Positions 1 through 7,949 of a stretch of DNA of 64,000 nt are shown here, piece after piece (position 1 is the first letter of the stretch; each line of letters opens with the position of its first letter). The position numbers and the translations under genes are program-made. The DNA is taken from IMG/VR virus record IMGVR_UViG_3300025018_001404, positions 13,644-77,643 of that record; one strand, written 5' to 3'. This DNA is from a virus. Below the pieces are notes generated by a model that had not been told where the DNA came from, ran no database searches, and saw only the letters and a list, made by a program, of their open reading frames with translations.

Positions 1-1
1 G

Positions 2-805
2 CTGCATTCGCAGCCGACGTACCCGATGCAGATCAAGCAGGCTGCCAGGAACAACGCACAAGCGGCGGCGTGGCTCGAAGGCGACTGGAACGTCACATCT
101 GGTGGCATGTTCGATGACATCTGGGACTCCAATATCCATGTGATCCCCGACATCCCATACGAACAAATTCCTCACGGCTGGATACTAAGTCGTGGGTATG
201 ACCATGGCCGCGCACACCCGTTCGCCTATCAACTGTGGGCCGAGTCAAATGGGGAACCGCTGCAACTGAAGGATGGTCGCATCGTTGGTAATGTTCGCGG
301 CGATAAAATCCTTCTGATGGAGTGGTACGGCACCAACGGCAATGTCAATGAAGGCCTGAACATGTCAGCGCGTCGGATCGCCCAAGGTATCCTTGACCGC
401 GAATCTGATTACGGCGTGACAGGTAGGGTGTATCCAGGCCCCGCTGATACGGAAATATGGACCATGGATAACCGTGGTACCGGGCGATGCCCTGCTAATG
501 ACATGGAAGATGTCGGTGTATATTGGGAGCGTGCGGATAAAGCATCAGGTTCTCGGAAGGCGGGTTTTGAAGTAGTTCGAAACTACATAGAGGGCGCAAT
601 CCCTGACGAGACAGGGTTCAGGGAGACATCTGGCTTGTTCGTTTGCTCAGGGTGCCGGTACTGGTTAGAACTGTGCCCTACTGTTCCACGTGATAAAGAT
701 GATCCGGACGAAATTCCCAAGGGGTATGAAGATCATCAGTTGGATTGCACCCGCTATGTCCTCACGTATGACTTGCCACGGATGTGGAGGAAGTCAGGAT
801 TTTAG
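2..805 (+). CDS. terL: Terminase large subunit, C-terminal nuclease domain (5' truncated)
   Basis: Frame open from base 2; WLEGDWNVTSGGMFDD, RGYDHG, GPAD and EDHQLDCTRY motifs typical of TerL RNase H-like domain; directly upstream of portal. Confidence 0.9.
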   Translation: MHSQPTYPMQIKQAARNNAQAAAWLEGDWNVTSGGMFDDIWDSNIHVIPDIPYEQIPHGWILSRGYDHGRAHPFAYQLWAESNGEPLQLKDGRIVGNVRGDKILLMEWYGTNGNVNEGLNMSARRIAQGILDRESDYGVTGRVYPGPADTEIWTMDNRGTGRCPANDMEDVGVYWERADKASGSRKAGFEVVRNYIEGAIPDETGFRETSGLFVCSGCRYWLELCPTVPRDKDDPDEIPKGYEDHQLDCTRYVLTYDLPRMWRKSGF

Positions 806-870
806 GTACCGTAGACTTATTGCTATCAACTCTATATTCTTGAAACGCAGCATTATTCAGGTAGCGTCCA

Positions 871-2373
871 GTGGCCCATAAAGAAGATGATCCTAATGAT
901 CCTTCCGTCCGAAGCGAAGCATACAAGTTCATGCTGCCGCGTTGGATGCAGATCAACGATTTGCTTGGCGGTACTCGCGCCATGCGTGAAGCCGGGTCAA
1001 AGCATCTTCCACGACACAGTCACGAGGCTGAGGACAGCTATCAGGAGCGCCTGAGTACAGCGACCCTGTACAATATGACCAAGATCACCTTGGCGACATG
1101 GGTGGGTAAGCCGTTTTCCGATAAGGTCGGATTGAATCCCGATGTTCCTCCGCAGGTCAGGACCCTGTTGGACGACGTGGACCTGTGCGGCAACAATGTC
1201 GATGTGTTTGCTCGGGACTGGTTCTCGGACGCCATGGCTAAGGGTTTTTCACACGCCATGGTCGACTTCCCGGCTATGGAAGAGGACAAGAAGACTCGAA
1301 CCAAGGCCGACGATCTGGATGAGAATCGGCGTCCGTACTGGCTTCACGTGAAGCCCGAGAATCTTATCTCGGCATTTTCCGAGGTGGTCAACGGCAAAGA
1401 AACTCTGACTCAGGTTCGAATTCACCAGGTAATCACGGAGCGTATAGGGTTCATCGAACGATTCACTCAGGAAATAAAGGTGATAGAGCCTGGTGTCTGG
1501 TATACCTACAGGTTGAAGAAAGACAAGAACCGCAAGGAAGTCTGGACGAAGGTTGCTGAGGGTACCTATGACCTAGACTTCATTCCTCTCGTTACCTTCT
1601 ATGCCCATCGTACCGGCTTCATGCTGGCTGATCCACCGCTTGAGGACCTGGGATACCTGAACATCCGTCACTGGCAATCCACGGCTGATCAGGTAAACAT
1701 CCTTACGGTTGCTCGCTTTCCGATGCTGGCGGTTGCCGGTGGTACCGATTTTGACGGCGAGACCATGGCTATCGGTCCCCGCCAACTGTTGGGTACAAAG
1801 AATGAGAACGGTAAATTCTACTATGTTGAGCATAGCGGAAAGGCCATTGCGTCAGGTTTGGCCGACCTGAAGGACATCGAGGAACTGATGGCAGCCTACG
1901 GTGCTGAGTTCCTGAAGAAGAAACCAACAAATCAGACAGCTACGGCGCGCACCCTGGATTCGGCTGAGGCGATGTCACCGCTGCAGGATGCTGTTATCCG
2001 GTTCAACGACGCCATGAACATGATACTATACATCACGGCGCAGTGGATGGGCCTGGAGTCCGGGGGCACCGTTCTGATCCGCACGGATTGGGATGACGAG
2101 GACCTGGATGTTACTTTGCGCGCCTTGAACGACATGCGTGAGCGCGGTGATCTCAGTCTCGAAGATTTCTCCAACGAACTGATTCGCCGGAAGATTCTCC
2201 GCGAGGATTTCAGCATTGAAGAGAATGTATCCAGGATCAGCCGCGAGCTGGCTCTGCCTACTGAGGTGGCATTGAAACTCAAGCAGATGATCGCTGACAC
2301 TCTCAAGGTGGCAGAGGAAACCAAGCATGTCGGTGATCCTACTGCTCCCGTAAAAGTACCGGTGGCCGCGTAA
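871..2373 (+). CDS. Portal protein (DUF4055 type)
   Basis: 500 aa after terL; LLGGTRAMREAG..LPR..E....Y..RL, DVDLCGN, RPYWLHV, PPLEDLGYLNIRHWQS match the DUF4055 portal pattern. Confidence 0.9.
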   Translation: MAHKEDDPNDPSVRSEAYKFMLPRWMQINDLLGGTRAMREAGSKHLPRHSHEAEDSYQERLSTATLYNMTKITLATWVGKPFSDKVGLNPDVPPQVRTLLDDVDLCGNNVDVFARDWFSDAMAKGFSHAMVDFPAMEEDKKTRTKADDLDENRRPYWLHVKPENLISAFSEVVNGKETLTQVRIHQVITERIGFIERFTQEIKVIEPGVWYTYRLKKDKNRKEVWTKVAEGTYDLDFIPLVTFYAHRTGFMLADPPLEDLGYLNIRHWQSTADQVNILTVARFPMLAVAGGTDFDGETMAIGPRQLLGTKNENGKFYYVEHSGKAIASGLADLKDIEELMAAYGAEFLKKKPTNQTATARTLDSAEAMSPLQDAVIRFNDAMNMILYITAQWMGLESGGTVLIRTDWDDEDLDVTLRALNDMRERGDLSLEDFSNELIRRKILREDFSIEENVSRISRELALPTEVALKLKQMIADTLKVAEETKHVGDPTAPVKVPVAA

Positions 2374-2375
2374 CA

Positions 2376-2966
2376 ATGGCTAAGGACGCGGACATTTTCA
2401 AGCGGCATCCTACCGGTATGGAACTTCTCCGTGCCGAGCAGAGACTGTCGGTAGATCGGAAAAAGAAGCTGATTCTGAAGATGGTTGCGCAGACAGGGTC
2501 GCCGATCATTGCGTGCCAGCGTCTCGGCATCAATACGCACAACTTCTACAACTACAAGAAAGACGACCCGGACTTCGCTCAAGCCGTGGCTGATGTCATG
2601 GAAGAAGTTGGAGACATGCTGGAAGCCGTCGCACTGGATCGCGCCGTTAACGGGGTAGCGGAGCCTGTATTCTATAAAGGTGAGCAGGTCAGCACGGTCA
2701 CCAAGTACAGTGACAAACTTCTGGAGACGCTGTTGAAAGCCGCCAAACCTGAGAAGTATCGTGAGAATGTCAATATCTCTGGCGGGGCGGGTACCAAGAC
2801 GGGCGTTGTTCTCATCCCTGTAGTTGCGGTTTCTATGGAGGATTGGGAGAAATCAGCCCTAGATGTCCACAAGAAACAGCAGTTGATGAAATACGAAGAA
2901 GATAGTGGTATAGTAGACGCTGAATTTACGGAGGTGACTCCGTCAAAGACATTGGGAAGAGGTTGA
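2376..2966 (+). CDS. Terminase small subunit-like HTH protein
   Basis: HTH (ACQRLGINTHNFYNYKKDDPDF) plus LEAVALDRAVNGVAEPVFYKG...KYSDKLLETLLKAAKPEKYRE, a common TerS signature. Confidence 0.7.
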   Translation: MAKDADIFKRHPTGMELLRAEQRLSVDRKKKLILKMVAQTGSPIIACQRLGINTHNFYNYKKDDPDFAQAVADVMEEVGDMLEAVALDRAVNGVAEPVFYKGEQVSTVTKYSDKLLETLLKAAKPEKYRENVNISGGAGTKTGVVLIPVVAVSMEDWEKSALDVHKKQQLMKYEEDSGIVDAEFTEVTPSKTLGRG

Positions 2967-2967
2967 T

Positions 2968-3174
2968 ATGGTTGGTCAGTTTAAACCCGCTTGGGGAAAG
3001 AAATTGGTTCGCCTGATGCAGAACGGCTGGACACTGGATAACGCACTGAAGGCGTGCAATGTTGGCAAGGACAAGTACAATTACCAGGTACAGGCAGATG
3101 AACAGTTCCGAATGGACTGTGAACAGGCGATTGATTCGCGCTACGCCGCTGGCCCCACCTGTCGATTCGGGTGA
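2968..3174 (+). CDS. Small HTH-like protein resembling the N-terminus of the preceding TerS-like protein
   Basis: RBS GAGG; ALKACNVGKDKYNYQVQADEQF parallels ACQRLGINTHNFYNYKKDDPDF. Confidence 0.55.
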   Translation: MVGQFKPAWGKKLVRLMQNGWTLDNALKACNVGKDKYNYQVQADEQFRMDCEQAIDSRYAAGPTCRFG

Positions 3175-3251
3175 GCCTAGACAAGTCTTTTACTAACAGC
3201 GTATTGTAACGCTAACAACAGCAGTGTTAGTAACACTCCTATAAGGATCAG

Positions 3252-4046
3252 ATGATGAAGTTCGATTTTCCCGAAACCGTCGCGGACGGCTCGACTATTC
3301 CTGAAGAGTACAAAGGCCTCTACACTGAGGCTAATGGCTCGTTCACACTCTCCGAGAATGTGCGCGGTCTGGCAAAGGCCTATGTCAGTACTGATACGGC
3401 CCTTGAGCGCGCTCGTGCCGACAAGACCACCGCCAGTAACGAGTCCGCCCAGCGCCGTCAGGCTCTGAAGGCCTTCGAGGATGCAGCGGCTGAACTCGGT
3501 ATCGACCCCGGTGACGACCTTGTCACGGCCTACAAAACCCACTTCAGTGATCTCGCCGACCAGGTTAAAGGCGGTAAGGACATGAAGGTTAACCTTGACA
3601 AGATCAGGGAAGACCATCAGAAGGCGCTGGCCGAGGCCATCGGCAACAAGGACAAGGAAGTCAATATGATGCAGGGTACGCTTGAGCGCTACCTTGTAGA
3701 CCGGGAAGCTGAGGAAGCGTTGAAGCAGGCGAAGGCCCGCAGCCTTGTGGTGATGCTCCCTCATGTGAAGCAGCACGTTAAGGTCGTCCGTGAAGGTGAC
3801 GAGTACATCGCCCGCGTTGTTGACGCCCAGGGCGACTTCCGCTCGAACGGTAAGGGCGGCTTCATGGGGATCGGTGATCTCGTCACTGAACTGAAAGCCA
3901 ACGCCGACTTCGCGCCGAACTTCGAAAGCGAGTCTCCCGGTGGCACCGGTACCAAACCGGGAACCACGAACCGGACACCGCCGAAGCAGGGTGACGACCG
4001 CAACGCCGTAGACAAGATTGCCGCTGGTCTTGCGGGCCGCAAATAA
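3252..4046 (+). CDS. Capsid scaffolding protein
   Basis: Helical/coiled-coil 264 aa ending DKIAAGLAGRK, between portal and capsid; RBS AAGGA. Confidence 0.75.
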   Translation: MMKFDFPETVADGSTIPEEYKGLYTEANGSFTLSENVRGLAKAYVSTDTALERARADKTTASNESAQRRQALKAFEDAAAELGIDPGDDLVTAYKTHFSDLADQVKGGKDMKVNLDKIREDHQKALAEAIGNKDKEVNMMQGTLERYLVDREAEEALKQAKARSLVVMLPHVKQHVKVVREGDEYIARVVDAQGDFRSNGKGGFMGIGDLVTELKANADFAPNFESESPGGTGTKPGTTNRTPPKQGDDRNAVDKIAAGLAGRK

Positions 4047-4049
4047 CGG

Positions 4050-4078
4050 TTGACTCCGGGTGCAGGGTTAGCGATACT
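4050..4078 (+). promoter_or_regulatory. Sigma70-like promoter for the RNA island
   Basis: TTGACT-N17-GATACT carrying the TTGAC-N6-TGCA element shared with the early promoters. Confidence 0.6.
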
Positions 4079-4084
4079 GCACTC

Positions 4085-4275
4085 AGACCACAGCATCCGT
4101 GTAGTAGGCAGATCACCCCTAACGGGGACGCGCATAAGCCGAAACGGCAAAAGGTCTAGAGACGGAGGGGTCGGCGGGACTGCAAGTCGGCACCTTCACC
4201 TGAATACGAGAAGGGTACCAAGTGAAAAGGGATCACAGTGAGTGTGGTCGGCGCTTGGTACCCTTCTTCCTTCGT
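4085..4275 (+). ncRNA. Putative structured non-coding RNA / tRNA leader
   Basis: Several stems: AGACC/GGTCT, CCCC-TAAC-GGGG, GCCG-AAA-CGGC, 16-bp AGAAGGGTACCAAGTG/CGCTTGGTACCCTTCT with inner hairpin; no credible ORF. Confidence 0.45.
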
Positions 4276-4352
4276 CAGCGAGTAGGGCAGTCTGGTAGCC
4301 CGTCAGGCTCATAATCTGAAGGTCGTTGGTTCAAATCCAACCTCGCTCACCA
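4276..4352 (+). tRNA. tRNA-Met (CAT), initiator-like
   Basis: 77-nt cloverleaf; acceptor CAGCGAG/CTCGCTC with C1:C72 mismatch; anticodon arm TCAGG-CTCATAA-TCTGA; TTCAAAT T-loop; encoded CCA. Confidence 0.9.
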
Positions 4353-4361
4353 AGGAAGAAT

Positions 4362-4431
4362 GCCCACTTAGCCCAACGGTAGAGGCAGCGGTGTTAAGCT
4401 CCGTCAAGTGTCCGTTCGAATCGGACAGTGG
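4362..4431 (+). pseudogene. tRNA-Leu (TAA) lacking its 3' end
   Basis: GCCCACT 5' acceptor strand, D-arm, loop GTTAAGC, T-arm GTCCG-TTCGAAT-CGGAC, then only AGTGG of the 3' acceptor strand; no GC-N-CCA. Confidence 0.7.
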
Positions 4432-4489
4432 TAGAGCAGTCGCCTTGTAAGCGTCAGGTCGCAGGTTCAAGTCCTTGCATTCGGCACCA
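4426..4489 (+). pseudogene. tRNA-Thr (TGT) lacking its 5' end
   Basis: Starts in D-loop (CAGTGGTAGAGC); anticodon loop CTTGTAA; T-arm GCAGG-TTCAAGT-CCTTGC (one extra base); ends ATTCGGC-A-CCA. Confidence 0.7.
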
Positions 4490-4550
4490 GATCGATTAGG
4501 TTCTGAAAGCCTCTTTCGGAGAAATCAGAGGCTCACTGTGCATCAGCCTG

Positions 4551-4590
4551 GAAACGCCAGTATCCTTATCGGGTGCTGGCGTTTTCTCTT
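4551..4590 (+). terminator. Intrinsic terminator after the RNA island
   Basis: GAAACGCCAGTATCC-TTATC-GGGTGCTGGCGTTTT followed by T-rich run. Confidence 0.7.
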
Positions 4591-5021
4591 GCCCAGCGGA
4601 CATCATCGATCCCAACCCTGGCCCTGTCACGCACTGCGTTAAAGGAAGGCCCGGAGTACATCTGGAGCACCCTCCGGTAGACTTGGTCAGCCAGTTCTGG
4701 ACAGTGCGCCACCATGGCGTCAGCCAACCTCAAGGTAAGGTCGGAGTGCCACATCCCGTACTGCTCCGCGACATTATGCGTTTGCGGACCCAGGTTTATC
4801 CGAGACCACCAGTAATTCAGCGGGTCTTCCAGCGAATCGATTCGGGTGCCTAGCGTATGAAGCGTCGGGTCCTGACAGGTTGTTGACCTTGCCTGCCAGT
4901 GCTGGATGTCTGTCACTGTCTGCTCGTAAACGGCGTGGTCCACCTCTATAGCGGCAAACCTTCCGTCCGTGTCCCTGGGCGTAAACAGCAGGCCTAGAAT
5001 AAGACTGGCTGCTCCGATCAT
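4566..5021 (-). CDS. Hypothetical protein, antisense moron-like gene with hydrophobic N-terminus
   Basis: 151 aa, RBS GAGG upstream, no competing + strand gene. Confidence 0.6.
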   Translation of the reverse strand: MIGAASLILGLLFTPRDTDGRFAAIEVDHAVYEQTVTDIQHWQARSTTCQDPTLHTLGTRIDSLEDPLNYWWSRINLGPQTHNVAEQYGMWHSDLTLRLADAMVAHCPELADQVYRRVLQMYSGPSFNAVRDRARVGIDDVRWARENASTR

Positions 5022-5095
5022 GGTAAACCTCGCTTTCCCTTAATCGTCATTTTGTAAACTAACCTGGCCGAGTACTTTACACTAATCCCGTACCC

Positions 5096-5125
5096 TTGAC
5101 AAAATCTTTATGAATTCACTACTAT
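5096..5125 (+). promoter_or_regulatory. Promoter for the major capsid gene
   Basis: TTGACA-N18-TACTAT in an AT-rich intergenic stretch. Confidence 0.5.
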
Positions 5126-5138
5126 ACGCAAATAACGG

Positions 5139-5296
5139 CGTAGTGATTCGCATAGGCGTGATGCCAAACGAATAATTACGAGGATGAAAGACCCTCTCTG
5201 GGTGATCCAGGCGGGCCGAAATGAAGGCGACGAGATGTCGCGCCTCTTGCCGGTTCTTCTGTGTTTTGACCCAAATCCTTTTGAGAGGGTATTACA
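5139..5296 (+). promoter_or_regulatory. Structured 5' leader of the major capsid mRNA
   Basis: Three hairpins with GWGAT loops; ACCCTCTC (5191-5198) complementary to the RBS GAGAGGGT (5283-5290). Confidence 0.5.
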
Positions 5297-6217
5297 ATGG
5301 CTTCTGTTACTCTTGCTGAATCGGCCAAGTTGTCCCAGGATGACCTGGTTGCTGGCGTCATCGAGAACGTCATCACCGTCAATCCTTTTTTCGATATTCT
5401 GCCGTTCGATGGTATCGAGGGTAATGCCCTTGCTTACGACCGTGAGAACGTGCTGGGCGACGTGGACGTTGAAGGCGTAGGCGACACCATCGGTGCGACT
5501 GCTGCGGCGACCTTCACCCAGGTTACGTCGAGCCTGACCACGATCATCGGTACTGCCGAAGTGAACGGCCTGATCCAGGCGACTCGCTCGGACATCAACA
5601 ACCAGACTGCGATCCAGGTTGCTTCGAAGGCGAAGTCGGCTGGCCGCAAGTACCAGGACATGCTGATCAACGGTACGGGTGCTTCGAACCAGTTCAATGG
5701 CATGATCAATCTGTGCGTTGCCGGTCAGACTGTTGCGACCGCGACCAATGGTGAGAATCTGTCGTTCGCTCGCATGGACGAAGTTTCCGATACGGTCACC
5801 GACAAGGATGGCCAGGTCGATTACTGGACCATGCACGCCCGTACCATCCGTTCGTTCAAGGCGCTGCTGCGCGCTCTGGGCGGTGCGTCGATTGGTGACG
5901 TGGTTCGCCTGCCTTCCGGTGTTGAGGTTCCGGCCTACTCTGGCGTCCCGATCTTCCGCAATGACTGGATTCCGATCACCCAGACACAGGCGGGTTCCGG
6001 CGCGGTCTGCACCACGATCTTCGCGGGTACTCTGGACGACGGTTCGCGCCAGCATGGTCTGGCTGGTCTGACCGCCGCGATGGACGCCGGTATCAGTGTG
6101 AACGATGTTGGTTGGGCCGAGAGCAAGGACGAGCACATCTACCATGTCAAGTGGTACTGTGGCCTCGCGCTGTTCTCGGAAAAGGGCATCGCCTGTGCTC
6201 CGGGCATCCTGAACTAA
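5297..6217 (+). CDS. Major capsid protein (YuA/phiJL001-like)
   Basis: MASVTLAESAKLSQDDLVAGVIENVITVN..LPFDGIEGNALAY; 306 aa; strong codon bias; follows scaffold. Confidence 0.9.
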   Translation: MASVTLAESAKLSQDDLVAGVIENVITVNPFFDILPFDGIEGNALAYDRENVLGDVDVEGVGDTIGATAAATFTQVTSSLTTIIGTAEVNGLIQATRSDINNQTAIQVASKAKSAGRKYQDMLINGTGASNQFNGMINLCVAGQTVATATNGENLSFARMDEVSDTVTDKDGQVDYWTMHARTIRSFKALLRALGGASIGDVVRLPSGVEVPAYSGVPIFRNDWIPITQTQAGSGAVCTTIFAGTLDDGSRQHGLAGLTAAMDAGISVNDVGWAESKDEHIYHVKWYCGLALFSEKGIACAPGILN

Positions 6218-6227
6218 TCAGGTCTAT

Positions 6228-6262
6228 GAGAGGGGGCTTTAACCGGCCTCCTCTTTCCTTTT
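6228..6262 (+). terminator. Intrinsic terminator after capsid gene
   Basis: GAGAGGGGGC-loop-GCCTCCTCTT plus T-run. Confidence 0.65.
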
Positions 6263-6276
6263 CCAGGAGAAACTAG

Positions 6277-7098
6277 ATGCCTGCTTATCGCGTAGAAATC
6301 CCCGAGTCGGCCCGCCATATGTCCATCGGTGGTGCGAACGGAGTTATTGTGTTCGCCGCTGACGCTACGGACGCCAAGGCCGCTGCCAAGGCCATACATC
6401 CCAACGATCCTGCGGCGATGTGGACCGCCGCGACCGCTACTGAAATTGTTGAAGATACCGACTATGCGGACTTTGACCTGCATATTGTGATCCAGGATTC
6501 CGACCCTGTAGTGGACATCGCTGTGCAGAGTGACGGTGCTCTGGGTGTCAGTGCGGCTGTCGTCTCTGGTGGTGGTACCGGGTATACGGTAAATGATGTG
6601 GTCACAGTAACAGGTGGCACAGCTACTCGTGCCGCGACCCTGCGTATTCTGACCGTCAATACCGGTGTAGCCCTGACTGCGGAAGTAATTGATCCGGGTG
6701 TCTACTCCGTCATGCCCTCCAATCCTGTAGCGGTCACAGGCGACGGTAACGATGACGCTACGTTCACCCTGACTGCGGCTGCCAATAACTTCAGTTCACT
6801 CCTGGCGGCTGCTGTGGGTTCGCTGAACGCCGAGTCGATCATTGCCGGTGCTGCTCTGGACATGGGCGATGGTTCTGCTCCTAAGCTGACCATTGCTGAC
6901 GGCGCTGGTGGTGACGATCTTGGTGACAAGGTTGTTACCGTCGAAATCCGGCGCGTAAACGGTGATGACAAGACGGCTATTCCTAGCCTGGTAGGCACTG
7001 TCACGGATGAGGGTGCGGCTACCGATGTTCTGTCCGTCACTTTCGATGCTACCCCGATTGCTGCCAACCCTATTCGTGCCTACAAGATTGTCGAGTAA
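6277..7098 (+). CDS. Virion structural protein (capsid decoration/fibre-like)
   Basis: Ala/Gly/Thr-rich; SGGGTGYTVNDVVTVTGG beta-repeat; RBS AGGAG. Confidence 0.6.
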   Translation: MPAYRVEIPESARHMSIGGANGVIVFAADATDAKAAAKAIHPNDPAAMWTAATATEIVEDTDYADFDLHIVIQDSDPVVDIAVQSDGALGVSAAVVSGGGTGYTVNDVVTVTGGTATRAATLRILTVNTGVALTAEVIDPGVYSVMPSNPVAVTGDGNDDATFTLTAAANNFSSLLAAAVGSLNAESIIAGAALDMGDGSAPKLTIADGAGGDDLGDKVVTVEIRRVNGDDKTAIPSLVGTVTDEGAATDVLSVTFDATPIAANPIRAYKIVE

Positions 7099-7121
7099 GA
7101 AGTAATTTCAGCATTTGAGAT

Positions 7122-7154
7122 AGGGTGAGAGGGCGACTTCTCACCCTTTCCTTT
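7122..7154 (+). terminator. Intrinsic terminator
   Basis: AGGGTGAGA-loop-TCTCACCCT followed by TTCCTTT. Confidence 0.65.
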
Positions 7155-7157
7155 GCC

Positions 7158-7191
7158 GGGGTTACCTAATACAGGTTCCCCGGAGTATGAT
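7158..7191 (+). promoter_or_regulatory. Putative late promoter motif, copy 1
   Basis: GGGGTTAC-N19-GTATGAT; same spacing at 7879 and 9748. Confidence 0.55.
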
Positions 7192-7223
7192 TACCTCAAC
7201 AAAATCAAGGATGGTGTCAAGAG

Positions 7224-7877
7224 ATGGCTGCTCCGAAGACTTATAAACTGATTCTTACTGGCTGGTACACTGGCAAGAACGCCAAGTTGAACGGCTACGA
7301 CTTCATCAACGGTGCGTGCACGCTGATTGGTACCTCTGAGGGTATCCAAGGTGCGGTGACGTATTTCGGCAAGACTTACCAGGCTTTCCTGGAAGGCTCC
7401 GATGAACTGGCGGTAGCGCAGGCGCGTGATGCCGCTAACAAGGCAGGAAACAATGGCAAGCGTGATCTTTCGGAAGGACCCGGAGACGGGGTCGTACAAG
7501 GCGAGGTTCAGCCGGATGGGCGAGGGCCTACCGAGACTCCCGCAGAAATCGACTCAGGAGATGACGACGTTGAGGGAGGGGATACCGTGGATATTCCCGC
7601 AGGGGACGGACACGAGGACACCGGGGTACCAGGGCCGCAGGAGAGTGGGCCGCATGGTGGACAGACGGACACGCTGAGTGGGTCCGACCACAAGTTGCAG
7701 CAGGTTATCTATAGTCTCGATGCGGATGAGGATGACCACTGGACCGCGCTAGGCCTGCCGAAAATGGCCGTGATTGAACTCGCTATGGGTTCTACAGGCT
7801 TTACCCGTAAAGACATCGAACGGTGTGCTCCGGGTTACGACCGTGACGCTGCCAGAGAGATCAAAGACCTTTCATAA
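7224..7877 (+). CDS. Hypothetical head-region protein with acidic disordered linker
   Basis: 217-aa ORF in the structural operon. Confidence 0.7.
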   Translation: MAAPKTYKLILTGWYTGKNAKLNGYDFINGACTLIGTSEGIQGAVTYFGKTYQAFLEGSDELAVAQARDAANKAGNNGKRDLSEGPGDGVVQGEVQPDGRGPTETPAEIDSGDDDVEGGDTVDIPAGDGHEDTGVPGPQESGPHGGQTDTLSGSDHKLQQVIYSLDADEDDHWTALGLPKMAVIELAMGSTGFTRKDIERCAPGYDRDAAREIKDLS

Positions 7878-7878
7878 C

Positions 7879-7912
7879 GGGGTTACATGAACTCATAGTG
7901 TTCGTGTAGTCT
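7879..7912 (+). promoter_or_regulatory. Putative late promoter motif, copy 2
   Basis: GGGGTTAC-N19-GTAGTCT. Confidence 0.55.
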
Positions 7913-7949
7913 ACGATCATTATACCGGCTGCCTATACAGGAGATATTC

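Noticed and set aside
4362-4489. A single intron-containing or permuted tRNA
   Set aside because: The 5' strand GCCCACT pairs poorly with the terminal ATTCGGC; two partial tRNAs joined at CAGTGG explain the sequence better.
4490-4560. Hammerhead or theta (HDV-like) ribozyme after the tRNAs
   Set aside because: CTGAAAG does not match CUGANGA, GAAA is not placed after stem II, and I could not build a nested double pseudoknot; only a hairpin is evident.
5108-6145. Long antisense ORFs (also 15069-16040, 28416-29231, 58827-60005 and others)
   Set aside because: Shadows of strongly codon-biased genes on the opposite strand; no RBS or recognisable motifs.
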